Shown here: in pieces, positions 53,020-62,615 of the stretch | Numbering within the stretch: the first letter of the stretch is position 1 | Layout: every line of letters starts with the position of its first letter | NCBI GenBank assembly: GCA_963718665.1 | Contig: OY970359.1 | Location: 224,001 to 288,000, forward strand | Reading direction: 5' to 3' | DNA: 64,000 nt | Source: an uncultured Phycisphaerales bacterium | GTDB lineage: Bacteria > Planctomycetota > Phycisphaerae > Sedimentisphaerales > Anaerobacaceae | The notes under the pieces: generated by a model | Told to the model about the DNA's origin: nothing | The model's database searches: none | The model's input: the letters and a program-made list of their open reading frames with translations, nothing else | Made by a program: the position numbers and the translations under genes

Positions 53020-53757
53020 ATGCCTAATGTTGCGGCGATAATTTGTGCGGCCGGCCCCGGAAAACGATTCGGCGGTAAACGACACAAGCAATTCGTCGAT
53101 ATCGGCGGTCGGGCCGCGTTCCTGCGAAGCGTCGAACTGTTCTCGAACCGCGAAGACGTCAAACAAATCCTCCTGGCTATCCCGCAGGAAGATGAAGAAA
53201 TTGTGGAAATCCGCTATGGTGCGAATCTCTCGCTTTTCAACGTCAAAGTCATCATCGGCGGCGTAACCCGTTTTGAAACCGTCAACAAGGCGCTCCAGTT
53301 ATTAAAAGACGATATCGAGCTTGTCGCGATTCACGACGCCGTAAGATGCTGCGTAACCGCCAAATGGGTTGAAGATGTAATCAAAACCGCCGCCAAAACC
53401 GGCGCCGCGATTCTCGCCTGCCCCGTTATAGCCACCCTCAAGGAAGTCAAAGACGGTATCGTTGTAAAAAACGTTGACCGAAAAGGTCTTTACGAGGCGC
53501 AGACACCGCAGGTCTTTGAGGTAAAGCTGTTGAAACAATCGCGTGAAAAGGCCCCCAAGACAGACATCGAAAAAATTACTGATGATTCGCAGTTAGTCGA
53601 GGCGCTTGGCCGCAAGGTCTCGATTGTTGAGACCGATTCCTCAAACATCAAGATTACATACCCTGCAGATGTCGCGATTGCCGAGGCCATTCTCAAGACC
53701 CGTCCCGACCCGAAAAAAGAGGGCTACATCGGCCCATTCTATGAAGCGCAATGGTAA
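53020..53757 (+). CDS. ispD: 2-C-methyl-D-erythritol 4-phosphate cytidylyltransferase
   Basis: AAGPGKRFG...KQF, GGVTR, VAIHDAVR, AQTPQVF, TDDSQLVE, NIKITYP.D. Confidence 0.93.
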   Translation: MPNVAAIICAAGPGKRFGGKRHKQFVDIGGRAAFLRSVELFSNREDVKQILLAIPQEDEEIVEIRYGANLSLFNVKVIIGGVTRFETVNKALQLLKDDIELVAIHDAVRCCVTAKWVEDVIKTAAKTGAAILACPVIATLKEVKDGIVVKNVDRKGLYEAQTPQVFEVKLLKQSREKAPKTDIEKITDDSQLVEALGRKVSIVETDSSNIKITYPADVAIAEAILKTRPDPKKEGYIGPFYEAQW

Positions 53758-53866
53758 CTTTTAGCCCCGTAGGGGCTGAAAGTTACCCCCGCGTCTCGTT
53801 TTGAGAATCAAAACGGCGGGAGCCATCAACCTGAACGCCGAACGCTGTACGCTGAACGCTGTCTAA

Positions 53867-54601
53867 TTAACCTGCCAATCCTCGCAAACAACGCCCGCGA
53901 TTCGCCTGCCCCTGCGTTTCGTCTTGCACCCCCCTGCTTCTCTTTGTGAAGCCCCTCAACTTGTCTCGCAAGAAGCAGAGGGACAAGCAAAGCGTGGGGG
54001 CATAAGAAGCAAAACGGCCGGGGTCTTTTTCCGGAAAGTTCAACCTCGCAAACTCGCCATAATACTTTTTCGCCGCCTTATCATAAGCGTGTGCCGCTGC
54101 AATCTCGCTGTCGAATCTCCCTAACCAGATGCTTTTTTTGTTATACACAATTATGCTTGTCCATTTGCCTGTCTGCTTGCAAAAGCATACTCCCATATAT
54201 CGCGAGGAAGTATTTTTTCTCTTTCGTCTGTTTTGCATATTTTCCGCTCGCGTCGCGAAGCGCAGATTGCTCTTTCGATTATCCAATGAATCGCAATTCC
54301 TGTGGTCAACTAATCTTTCGTCGTTAGCGCCCATTATCTCTCTGTGCATAGACAGCATTATTGTCTTATACGGCTCGACAAATTTTAATCTGACCGCGTA
54401 TAAGTTATGTCCGCCGCCGTGCACAACCCATTTGAAATGTTTGAGCCGGTAATAATCCGGCTGCTCTAAAATAGTCCATTTGCCTTCGCCTAAGTAAATC
54501 CTGCGGTATGTGTAGCCGTAACGGAACAGGCGATAGGCAAGCAGTGGACAGGTGAAAATAAAGTCGAGCCAATTTTGAACTTTGATTGTAATGGTTGACA
54601 T
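53867..54601 (-). CDS. HNH endonuclease with C-terminal AP2 DNA-binding domain
   Basis: VDHRNCDSLDNRKSNLR...EN (HNH), SRYMGV...KW...WLGRFDSE.AAAHAYDKAA...GEFARLNF (AP2); GAGGAG before ATG 54601. Confidence 0.9.
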   Translation of the reverse strand: MSTITIKVQNWLDFIFTCPLLAYRLFRYGYTYRRIYLGEGKWTILEQPDYYRLKHFKWVVHGGGHNLYAVRLKFVEPYKTIMLSMHREIMGANDERLVDHRNCDSLDNRKSNLRFATRAENMQNRRKRKNTSSRYMGVCFCKQTGKWTSIIVYNKKSIWLGRFDSEIAAAHAYDKAAKKYYGEFARLNFPEKDPGRFASYAPTLCLSLCFLRDKLRGFTKRSRGVQDETQGQANRGRCLRGLAG

Positions 54602-55229
54602 AATACTCTCCTCGGAGCGCAGCGCAGATCCCCGAGAACCCGCCCCATTGGTTTCGTAACAGGGGACCCACAAGAAATCCCAAATTTCAAATCACAAACA
54701 ACAAAACACAAAACGGAAATTGATTTGATTTACCTTGCGCACAAGGCGCGAAATCTGGGATTTCTATCCCCCCTACTGCCCTATCTTGGGCTACTACCCA
54801 CCTCCGGTGGATTGGACATTGGAAATTGGTTATTGGACATTCCAATCCGTCCTCCGACCTCGGTCATCCGTCCTCAGGACCACATGGTCCCTCTATATAT
54901 AGGGTGAAATTGCGATGGTTTTAAGGACTTAGGAAACTTTATTTTTCCGCCCAAAATTTGTAAGTTCTTATGGGAAAAGGAATAAAAAAAATTTCAAAAA
55001 TTGCCGGATTTTTTTGGGGCCTCGCGAGTGAGCGTTTGATTGAATTGCCTAAATTAACATCGTTTCGCTGTAGGGAAAAGGTCTATTTTTAAGCTGAAAA
55101 CATAGTATATGCTTGTATGTGGTAGTATGCAACGGGTTTGGGGAACACAGATTTTTTAGATTAGCAACTTATTTTCATGGATTAGAAATAATCAATGTAG
55201 CTATCTTGCGGCTGACGTTATTCTGCCAA

Positions 55230-56451
55230 TCAATCCTCTAATTTTTTTATCCACCCTTCAAGCTTTTTTACATCAGAAGCCATTCCTACCTTTTTGTACA
55301 GTTCCAGGGCCTTCAACCAGTATTGGCGTACCTTGGTCTTGTCTCCTCGCTTAAGGTACACGTTTCCGAGATTGCCATAACTATTTGCCATTCCCTCAGA
55401 CCGACCAAGCCGCTCGTTAATCTCCAGCGATTTGCAGTGCATCTCTTCGGCCTTGTCAATATCGCCGCGTATCTGGTACACGATTCCGAGGTTTGACAAA
55501 ATAACCGCAGTACTTTTTTCGGAATTGATTTCCTTCGCAAGTTCCAATGCTTCACCAAGCACAGTCTCTGCGTCATTAAGCCTGTTCGTTCCAATCAAAC
55601 TGTAAACATATGTTTGCATTGCCTGCAATTGAGCCTTTTCGCTCCCGCTTTGTTTCGCTTCTTTGAAGAGACGTTCCGCCCAGTAAACCCATTCCTCGTA
55701 GTTTGTTTTTCCTCCTAAATACGCTCTTATTACTAGAAGCTCCAACCTACTTTTTGCATCTATATCATTAAGGGTTTCTCCTCCGGCAAATTCCTGATTC
55801 CAAAATCGAATCGCATCTTCGAGTTTGTTTTGACCCACAAGCGATTCAAACAGGGGTATCATATAATCTCGAATAAGTACAGACTTCTCTACCCCTCCTT
55901 GCTTAGCCCTACTTAATTGATCTCTTAGAACATCAATATCCGCGCCTGTACCTAGCGCCGGAAATCTTTTTGGAGATACTCTTCATCTCATCAGCAAGCA
56001 CCGTTTCCTGAAATCGAAATAGCATCATCCACTGGAGCAAATCATCGGCGCTGCGGAAAAGCTCGCGTTCATTCTCTGCGTTCAGCAGTAATACAGTACG
56101 TATCTTCCCCGCAGCAAGGCTTTCGCGTTGCAGATTCAGTCTTTCCCAAAAATCCTGGAGATTCTGTTCTGATTCATTTTCCTTTATCGAATCTCTCCGG
56201 ACAATAAGAACAACCTCTCCCATGCTCAGCGACCTTGAAAGCTCTCCGATTACGGGAGGATCAGCTTCTGCCTGTGCAATATGAATCGGTATCTGTGTTA
56301 AACCTCCTTGAATTCGGTTGATAATCGCATCCCCCACCAAAGGTCCCGGAACTATCACTCCGCACACTCGCCCCTCGGACTGCCTAAGAAAAGAAAGCAA
56401 CCGGCCAAGCTCATCCTCGTCCAGCTTAATTGCCGTAGTATTCAAATTCAT
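55230..56451 (-). CDS. TPR protein with N-terminal alpha/beta domain; split by an apparent frameshift near 55965-55975
   Basis: ORF 55933..56451 (WERLNLQRE, DLLQW) overlaps an open frame leading into ORF 55230..55862 with TPRs (ILSNLGIVY, SYGNLGNVY). Confidence 0.72.
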
Positions 56452-57790
56452 CGTTCTTTTAGATGCTCAGCCACAAGCGGATGAACTCTGTGCCATCCCT
56501 CACCATTATATTCAAGCACAGCCTGCGCCTGCAATAGAAGCAGATTGATTGGATCCGATTCGACTTTACGCGGACTCTTTTCGATATCTTTCAATCTTGC
56601 CATCATCTTCTCAACTGTTATATCGCATTTTTCATAATCTTTTGGTAACCCTACATCCCCTATCAGTCTTACCAGTTTTGCTTTAACCCGATTAAGACCG
56701 TAACGTACATCTTCTTTAATTATACATTTCTTACTACGTCCCTTTTTAATCGCCTCCTGTGCTGTCATTGCTGCGATAGCTATCGCCTCAAAAAGATGTC
56801 GTAACACCCCCCCGTCTTTTCTATTGCCAGTTCAATCGCATCATCATCTATGAGTGTCTTAATATCCATTCGTCGATCAAGGATTTGCCGAATAACTTTT
56901 CGTCCGATCTCGCATTTTTCACCATTCTTCTCTACGACCTTTATCATCGGTATCGTAACTTTCTTGAACAAACTATCCAAAATAGCCGAAGCAGGTGTAC
57001 ACAATAGCCATATTGGTGCCGTAAAAATCATTTTGCAGGAAATATCCGCCAAAGGCGCCGGATTTCTCAGAAAAATAGTATCTGTCGCCTCGATCGAAAG
57101 CTTGTCGAGATCCTCTATTATCAAAAGCATTTCGCGCTTGCTTTTTTCCTTTACGGCCAGTCTTGCCTCCTTCACAAGAATGTTCACTTGATTCACCAGC
57201 TCTGAAAGCCGATGATTTTCCCTTGTCACACACCGATGTAGAGTATTCGATCCTGTCTTGATGTCCGATTTCAGATATGCGCCTATTCCGATTAGCTTGC
57301 CAAGAATACTTTGACTTGTATCAGCGTGTGCTCCTCCCTGTAAAACCATTTCAAGTTGCTGTTCCTTGATTTCAAATGCCTCACTGAACCATTTGTATAT
57401 GGATTCAAGCGTTTTGTCATTCAGTTTAATGTTCAAATTCTTAACTTGGCGTGTTACCGCTTCAACAATCAATACCAGCAGTGCTTCCAGAGAGGCCTGA
57501 CTTAATTGCCCCTCGTCCATCATGGAAAACGATATTACGGTATAGGTAGCTATCTGTTCATCTTGAAATTTAGCAATTTCCGTTGATTTCCCAGAACCGG
57601 GATGTCCCGTTACCAGAACTTTAACGTTATTCTCTGTTTGCAGATAGTTTGCTATCTCTGTTCGTCGCGAAAGGTTGGGGTCACGGGCCTCAGCCGTTTC
57701 CTCAAATAATTCATCCAATTGACTCAGATGCAATGGTTTAAAATCCAATACTCTGAGAACATCTTCCAGTTTTTTTGCACGACTACACAT
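56448..57790 (-). CDS. P-loop NTPase (KAP/STAND-like); frameshift in G7 run at 56807-56813
   Basis: Walker A GHPGSGKST, Walker B LLIIEDLDK, TGG(V)LR after adding one G, C-terminal VLEYNG..W.RVHP; about 447 aa when restored. Confidence 0.82.
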
Positions 57791-58053
57791 AAAAAAACCC
57801 TTGAAATATATAATATATTTTAGCTGCTATCCTGGCGATGTCAATCGAATACCAAACCTGCTGTTGCTCGCAATGTTCATAATATACAACGTAATTGGGA
57901 GTTAGTCCAGTATTCCTTCTCTCTTCCAACTTCTCACATCTCCCTTATTTCTTTGTGTCTTTGTGGCAAAAACTATCCCCGCTTTTTTCTTTCATTGCTC
58001 TGCCTTGCGCGATAAAATCCCTGTTTTGATGGGTGATGATTCAAGGATGAAAT

Positions 58054-59532
58054 ATGCTAAAGAGCGATGTAAGGATACATCAGCCGGCGACAAAACCCCG
58101 GCGAGGATGGGAAGTGGTTACGAACGGATTTAACGGACTTGCGGGCAAACGGTTTCATTTCATAGGCGTCGGCGGTATCGGTATGAGCGGCCTGGCGATG
58201 CTCCTCTTGAAGCACAAGGCAATCGTTACCGGCTCAGACCGGAACCCCGGCGAAACAATCGACCACCTCTGCGAATTCGGCGCAGATATAAAAATAGGCC
58301 ACAAAGAGCACAATCTCAACTCGCAGGCGGACGCGGTTGTAATATCAGCCGCGATAAAAGAGGAAAACCCCGAACTGAAGCTCGCCCGCCGGGAAGGCAT
58401 CCGCGTCTATAAATACGCCGAGATGCTGGGCAAGGTGTTCCAGTTTTATCAGGGTATCGCCATATCGGGCACCCACGGCAAAAGCACTACCAGCGGCTGG
58501 CTCGCCTATCTCCTCAAACAGGCGGAATTATCGCCGAATTTCGTCGTCGGCGCAGTCGTTACCCAGCTTGCCGGCTCATCGGGCATAGGCACCGGTCTGC
58601 ATTTCGTCGCCGAGGCCTGCGAATACGACCGCAGCTTCCTGAACCTCAAACCGCAAATCGCCGTCATCCTCAATATCGAGGCAGACCACCTCGACTACTA
58701 CAAAGACGAAGCCGAAATCACCGAGGCGTTCCGCGATTTCGCGCTTGGCACAAAAAATTCGGGCGTAATCATCTTAAACAGCGAAGACAAAAACACCGCC
58801 AAAATCATCTCCGACCCGCGTCTGCTCGAAAACAACCGAAAAATCGAGACCTTTGGCTTTAGCGAGGATTGCAATTATCACCCCGCCAATATCGTCGAAA
58901 AAGAAGGTCTTTACTCATTCGACGTTTATCACAACAAGGAATTGCTCGGCTCAACTCATATAAGCGTGCCGGGCAGACATAACGTCGCCAACGCCCTTGC
59001 GGTAATCGCCGCCGCCCAAACCGCCGGCATCGCCGCAAATACAATCCTGCGGCTATTGCCCGGCTTCACAGGCGTTGACCGCCGGCTGATGCTAAAGGCG
59101 AAGGTCAATGGCATAACCATTCTCGACGATTACGCACATCACCCTACCGAGATTCGGGCGTCGCTGAAGGCGATTAAGGAGCATTACAAGCCCAAGCGGC
59201 TGTGGTGTATTTTTCAACCGCACCAGTACAGTCGAACGAGATTTTTGCTGGACGACTTCGCCGAAAGCTTCAAACTTGCCGATATTACCATTGTGCCGGA
59301 GATTTATTTCGTCCGCGATTCTCAGCAATCGAGAAAAGAGGTGAACGCCCAGGTCCTCGTCGATAAAATCCGGGCAAAAGGAAGCGAAGCTTTGTTTATT
59401 GACGGCTTCGATGCAATCTGCGATTATTTAACCAAACAAGTTCGCTCCGGCGACGTGGTCGTTACCATGGGCGCCGGCGACGTTTGGAAGGTGTCAGATG
59501 GAATTATTCAGTGGTTACGAAAAAATAGTTGA
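58054..59532 (+). CDS. murC: UDP-N-acetylmuramate--L-alanine ligase
   Basis: HFIGVGGIGMSGLA, SGTHGKSTT, VAEACEYD, DDYAHHPTEI, FQPHQYSRT; true start may be slightly downstream. Confidence 0.96.
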   Translation: MLKSDVRIHQPATKPRRGWEVVTNGFNGLAGKRFHFIGVGGIGMSGLAMLLLKHKAIVTGSDRNPGETIDHLCEFGADIKIGHKEHNLNSQADAVVISAAIKEENPELKLARREGIRVYKYAEMLGKVFQFYQGIAISGTHGKSTTSGWLAYLLKQAELSPNFVVGAVVTQLAGSSGIGTGLHFVAEACEYDRSFLNLKPQIAVILNIEADHLDYYKDEAEITEAFRDFALGTKNSGVIILNSEDKNTAKIISDPRLLENNRKIETFGFSEDCNYHPANIVEKEGLYSFDVYHNKELLGSTHISVPGRHNVANALAVIAAAQTAGIAANTILRLLPGFTGVDRRLMLKAKVNGITILDDYAHHPTEIRASLKAIKEHYKPKRLWCIFQPHQYSRTRFLLDDFAESFKLADITIVPEIYFVRDSQQSRKEVNAQVLVDKIRAKGSEALFIDGFDAICDYLTKQVRSGDVVVTMGAGDVWKVSDGIIQWLRKNS

Positions 59533-60379
59533 AACGAAACATCCGCTGGCGAAAGAGACGTGGTACGGGCTGGGCGGACCGGCGGATTACTTTATCAGGC
59601 CGGAGGATACCAACCAGCTCGCCCAAGTTGTCAAGCGATGCAACGAAAATAAGGTGCCGATTTACGTTTTGGGATACGGTTCGAACCTTTTAGTCAGCGA
59701 CCAGGGCGTTCGCGGGGCGGTAATCCAGCTCAAAGGCGAGAAATTCTCGCAGATTAACTTCGTCAAAGAGCAGGTTGTCGCAGGCGCGGGCGTCGAGCTT
59801 AGCCGGCTTATCCTGACCTGCGCCAAAAAAGGCCTTTCGGGCCTCGAACCGCTGACGGGTATTCCCGGCTCGATAGGCGGAGCGGTGCGGATGAACTCGG
59901 GCGGAAACTTCGGCGATATCGGAACCGTCGTCGAAAGCGTTACCCTAATGGATAAAGACGGCAAAGTTTCCGAAAAGAAAAAACCGGAGCTTCAGTTCGA
60001 TTATCGCCAGACAAATATCACCGCGAAATTCATCCTCGAAGCGAAAATAAATATGACCGAGGGCGACCCGGAACAGATTACAAAAACGATTAAGGAAAAC
60101 TGGGTCTATAAGAAAAATAACCAGCCCCTCAACACCGTTAATTCGGGCTGCGTATTCAAAAACCCGAGGGGGCTATCCGCGGGAGCTATGATTGACCGCG
60201 CGGGACTAAAGGGGCTGCAAATCGGCGGGGCAATCGTCAGTGAAAAGCACGCCAACTTTTTCATAGCGCAAAAGGGCTGCACCAGCCAGGATGTTCTCCG
60301 GCTGATTGACATCGTAAAAGAAAAAGTATTAAAGCAGTTCAACGTCGAGCTGGAGCTTGAGATCGAAATCTGGAAATAA
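59498..60379 (+). CDS. murB: UDP-N-acetylenolpyruvoylglucosamine reductase
   Basis: GGPAD, LGYGSNLL, GIPGSIGGA.RMN, SGCVFKNP, VSEKHANF, LELEI. Confidence 0.96.
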   Translation: MELFSGYEKIVETKHPLAKETWYGLGGPADYFIRPEDTNQLAQVVKRCNENKVPIYVLGYGSNLLVSDQGVRGAVIQLKGEKFSQINFVKEQVVAGAGVELSRLILTCAKKGLSGLEPLTGIPGSIGGAVRMNSGGNFGDIGTVVESVTLMDKDGKVSEKKKPELQFDYRQTNITAKFILEAKINMTEGDPEQITKTIKENWVYKKNNQPLNTVNSGCVFKNPRGLSAGAMIDRAGLKGLQIGGAIVSEKHANFFIAQKGCTSQDVLRLIDIVKEKVLKQFNVELELEIEIWK

Positions 60380-60382
60380 AAA

Positions 60383-61450
60383 ATGCGGTCTCATCCTTCT
60401 CCAAATCAAGAGTCATCACCGTCGCCTGACCAGCTCCCGATCCCGGAAGGGACGCCTTACGGCGAAGGGATGGCCAAGCCCATTAATCCGCCAGACGGAT
60501 GGCGGATAAAAGCGGCAGTCCTTATGGGCGGCATAAGCAGGGAACGCGAAGTCAGCATCCAAAGCGGCAAATGCGTTGCCGAAGCCCTGAGAAAAGCGGG
60601 CGTCAACGTCATAACCTCTGATATAAAACCCGATGCGCTGGGCATACTCGACGACGAAACAATCGATGTGTTTTTCATCGCCCTTCACGGCACATTCGGC
60701 GAAGACGGCCAACTGCAGAAAATACTCGAATCAAAAGACCTCATTTATACGGGCAGCTCCTCGGAATCCAGCCGGCTGGCATTTGACAAGTGGGAAAGCA
60801 AAAAACGATTCATCGCCGCGGGAGTAACGATGCCTGATTCGATTTTGTTCGAGCCGGGCAAAAAAAACGCTCGTCTTGAGGAACAAATCCGGCAACTCGG
60901 GTCAAAATACGTCGTCAAACCGCTTCGGGAAGGCAGCACTATCGGCATATCAATCGCGGACGACCCCAAACAAGCGGTCGAGGCCGCGAGAAAATGCGCA
61001 GCGGAGTTCGGCGACTGTATGATTGAAAAATTTATAAAGGGCAGAGAGATTACCGTGAGCATCCTCGGAAAGCAGGCCCTGCCAATTCTGGAAATACGCC
61101 CGCCCGCCGGATTTTACGATTATCACGCCAAATACATCGACGACAAAACAGAATATCTCTTCGACTCAATAAATGACCCCGCTCTGGTCGATAAAATACA
61201 GAAATCGGCGATTACCTGCTTTAATTCGCTTGGATGCAGGGGCGCCGCGAGAGTTGACTTTATTATCGGCGACGACGGCGAACCTTATGTGCTCGAAATC
61301 AACACCATTCCCGGAATGACGAGCCACTCGCTTTTACCGAAAGCCGCCGCTAAAATAGGGCTTTCAATGAGTCGGCTGTGTCTGAAAATAGTGGAGCTGG
61401 CATTGGCTGATTCTGCAATAGCCCATAAAACAACCGGCCGGAGGCAATAA
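60383..61450 (+). CDS. ddl: D-alanine--D-alanine ligase
   Basis: VLMGG.S.EREVS, LHGTFGEDG, EGSTIG, YDYHAKY, EINTIPGMT.HSL.P; start uncertain (60383 or 60470). Confidence 0.95.
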   Translation: MRSHPSPNQESSPSPDQLPIPEGTPYGEGMAKPINPPDGWRIKAAVLMGGISREREVSIQSGKCVAEALRKAGVNVITSDIKPDALGILDDETIDVFFIALHGTFGEDGQLQKILESKDLIYTGSSSESSRLAFDKWESKKRFIAAGVTMPDSILFEPGKKNARLEEQIRQLGSKYVVKPLREGSTIGISIADDPKQAVEAARKCAAEFGDCMIEKFIKGREITVSILGKQALPILEIRPPAGFYDYHAKYIDDKTEYLFDSINDPALVDKIQKSAITCFNSLGCRGAARVDFIIGDDGEPYVLEINTIPGMTSHSLLPKAAAKIGLSMSRLCLKIVELALADSAIAHKTTGRRQ

Positions 61451-61452
61451 AA

Positions 61453-62367
61453 TTGGCTGCGAAGAAAAATGGTTTTAATATATTCGGGCTTGGCTCGGAC
61501 GGCGGTAAGCTGTCCGGTAAGTCAAATATCATAGGTTATATCAAGGTAGCATTGTTTATATGCGCTTTGGTCCTGGTATTGGCAGGTTTCACGTTCTTAG
61601 ACGGATACGTAAAAAAGCAAACCGCCGGCTCGTCGGGCAATCGAACCATTGAGCTGGTAGGCGAAGTACCGAACTGGGTCAGCGAGGAGATTAAAAACAG
61701 GATTTATGCCGCCGCCACCGCTGAAGCCAACAACAGCGCTAACGACGACGAAAAAATTGCCGCCTCGGCCCAGCAAAATATCGCTCACCTCGTTCCCTGG
61801 CTTGCCGAGGCGAGGGTCCGGACCACTCACAAAAGCATACTCATCAGCGGACGCTGGCGAAAACCAATGCTCTTAGTTACCGCCGAAAAAAATAAATTCT
61901 TTATCGACGCGGATATGGTCGTTCTCGATTATTCGCCGATTGGTAATTTGCCGGTCATAAACATAACGGGTATGGAGCTTAGCAAAATCCCCCCTACCCC
62001 GGGCCAGGTCTGGCAGGGAGATGACCTCGCTGCGGCTATGGCGGTGCTCAATCGCCTCGCGCGTATGGATACCGCTGTAAGCCCCGACAAGCCGCTGCTT
62101 CACCACATCGACAGAATCGACGTCGCTAATTTTGATGGCCGGAAAAACAGACGCGAACCACACATCTCACTTTACACGAAAGACGGCACACAAATCATCT
62201 GGGGCGCGGAACTGGGAACCTGGCAAAGGCATCTCGAAAGCCCCGACGACGACAAGTTAGCCAAGCTTTATACCTACTACCAGCAGTACGGAACGCTATC
62301 GGGAGTCAAATATATCAACCTGCGAGACCCTCAGCAGAAGATTTATCTGCCGGTTGATAAGTACTAA
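61453..62367 (+). CDS. FtsQ/DivIB-like bitopic membrane protein
   Basis: Position after ddl, one TM helix, POTRA-like segment (PWLAEARVR...WRKP), LPVINITG, terminal YINLRD. Confidence 0.65.
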   Translation: MAAKKNGFNIFGLGSDGGKLSGKSNIIGYIKVALFICALVLVLAGFTFLDGYVKKQTAGSSGNRTIELVGEVPNWVSEEIKNRIYAAATAEANNSANDDEKIAASAQQNIAHLVPWLAEARVRTTHKSILISGRWRKPMLLVTAEKNKFFIDADMVVLDYSPIGNLPVINITGMELSKIPPTPGQVWQGDDLAAAMAVLNRLARMDTAVSPDKPLLHHIDRIDVANFDGRKNRREPHISLYTKDGTQIIWGAELGTWQRHLESPDDDKLAKLYTYYQQYGTLSGVKYINLRDPQQKIYLPVDKY

Positions 62368-62615
62368 TTTGTAGCAGCGTTCAGCGGACAGCGTGGAGCG
62401 GACAGTCAACAGTCGTTAGTCGTCAGTATGTCGTAATTTGGATGCCGGCTGACAAAAATCGAAATAAGATTAATACCCGCCCCAGTTAACAAGTAACAAC
62501 AAATTTAGCGCAGAGAACCCTACTTCGCCAGTTGGGCTACGCAGGGCAGGCAACTGAAACCACGGAGAACTATTTTTTCAGACAAGGATTTTTAACAAGT
62601 TGAACAGGGAGCTTT

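Noticed and set aside
54725..54907. 60-aa plus-strand ORF in the HNH-AP2 leader
   Set aside because: It is a translation of heptamer repeats and hairpins with a TTG start and no ribosome-binding site.
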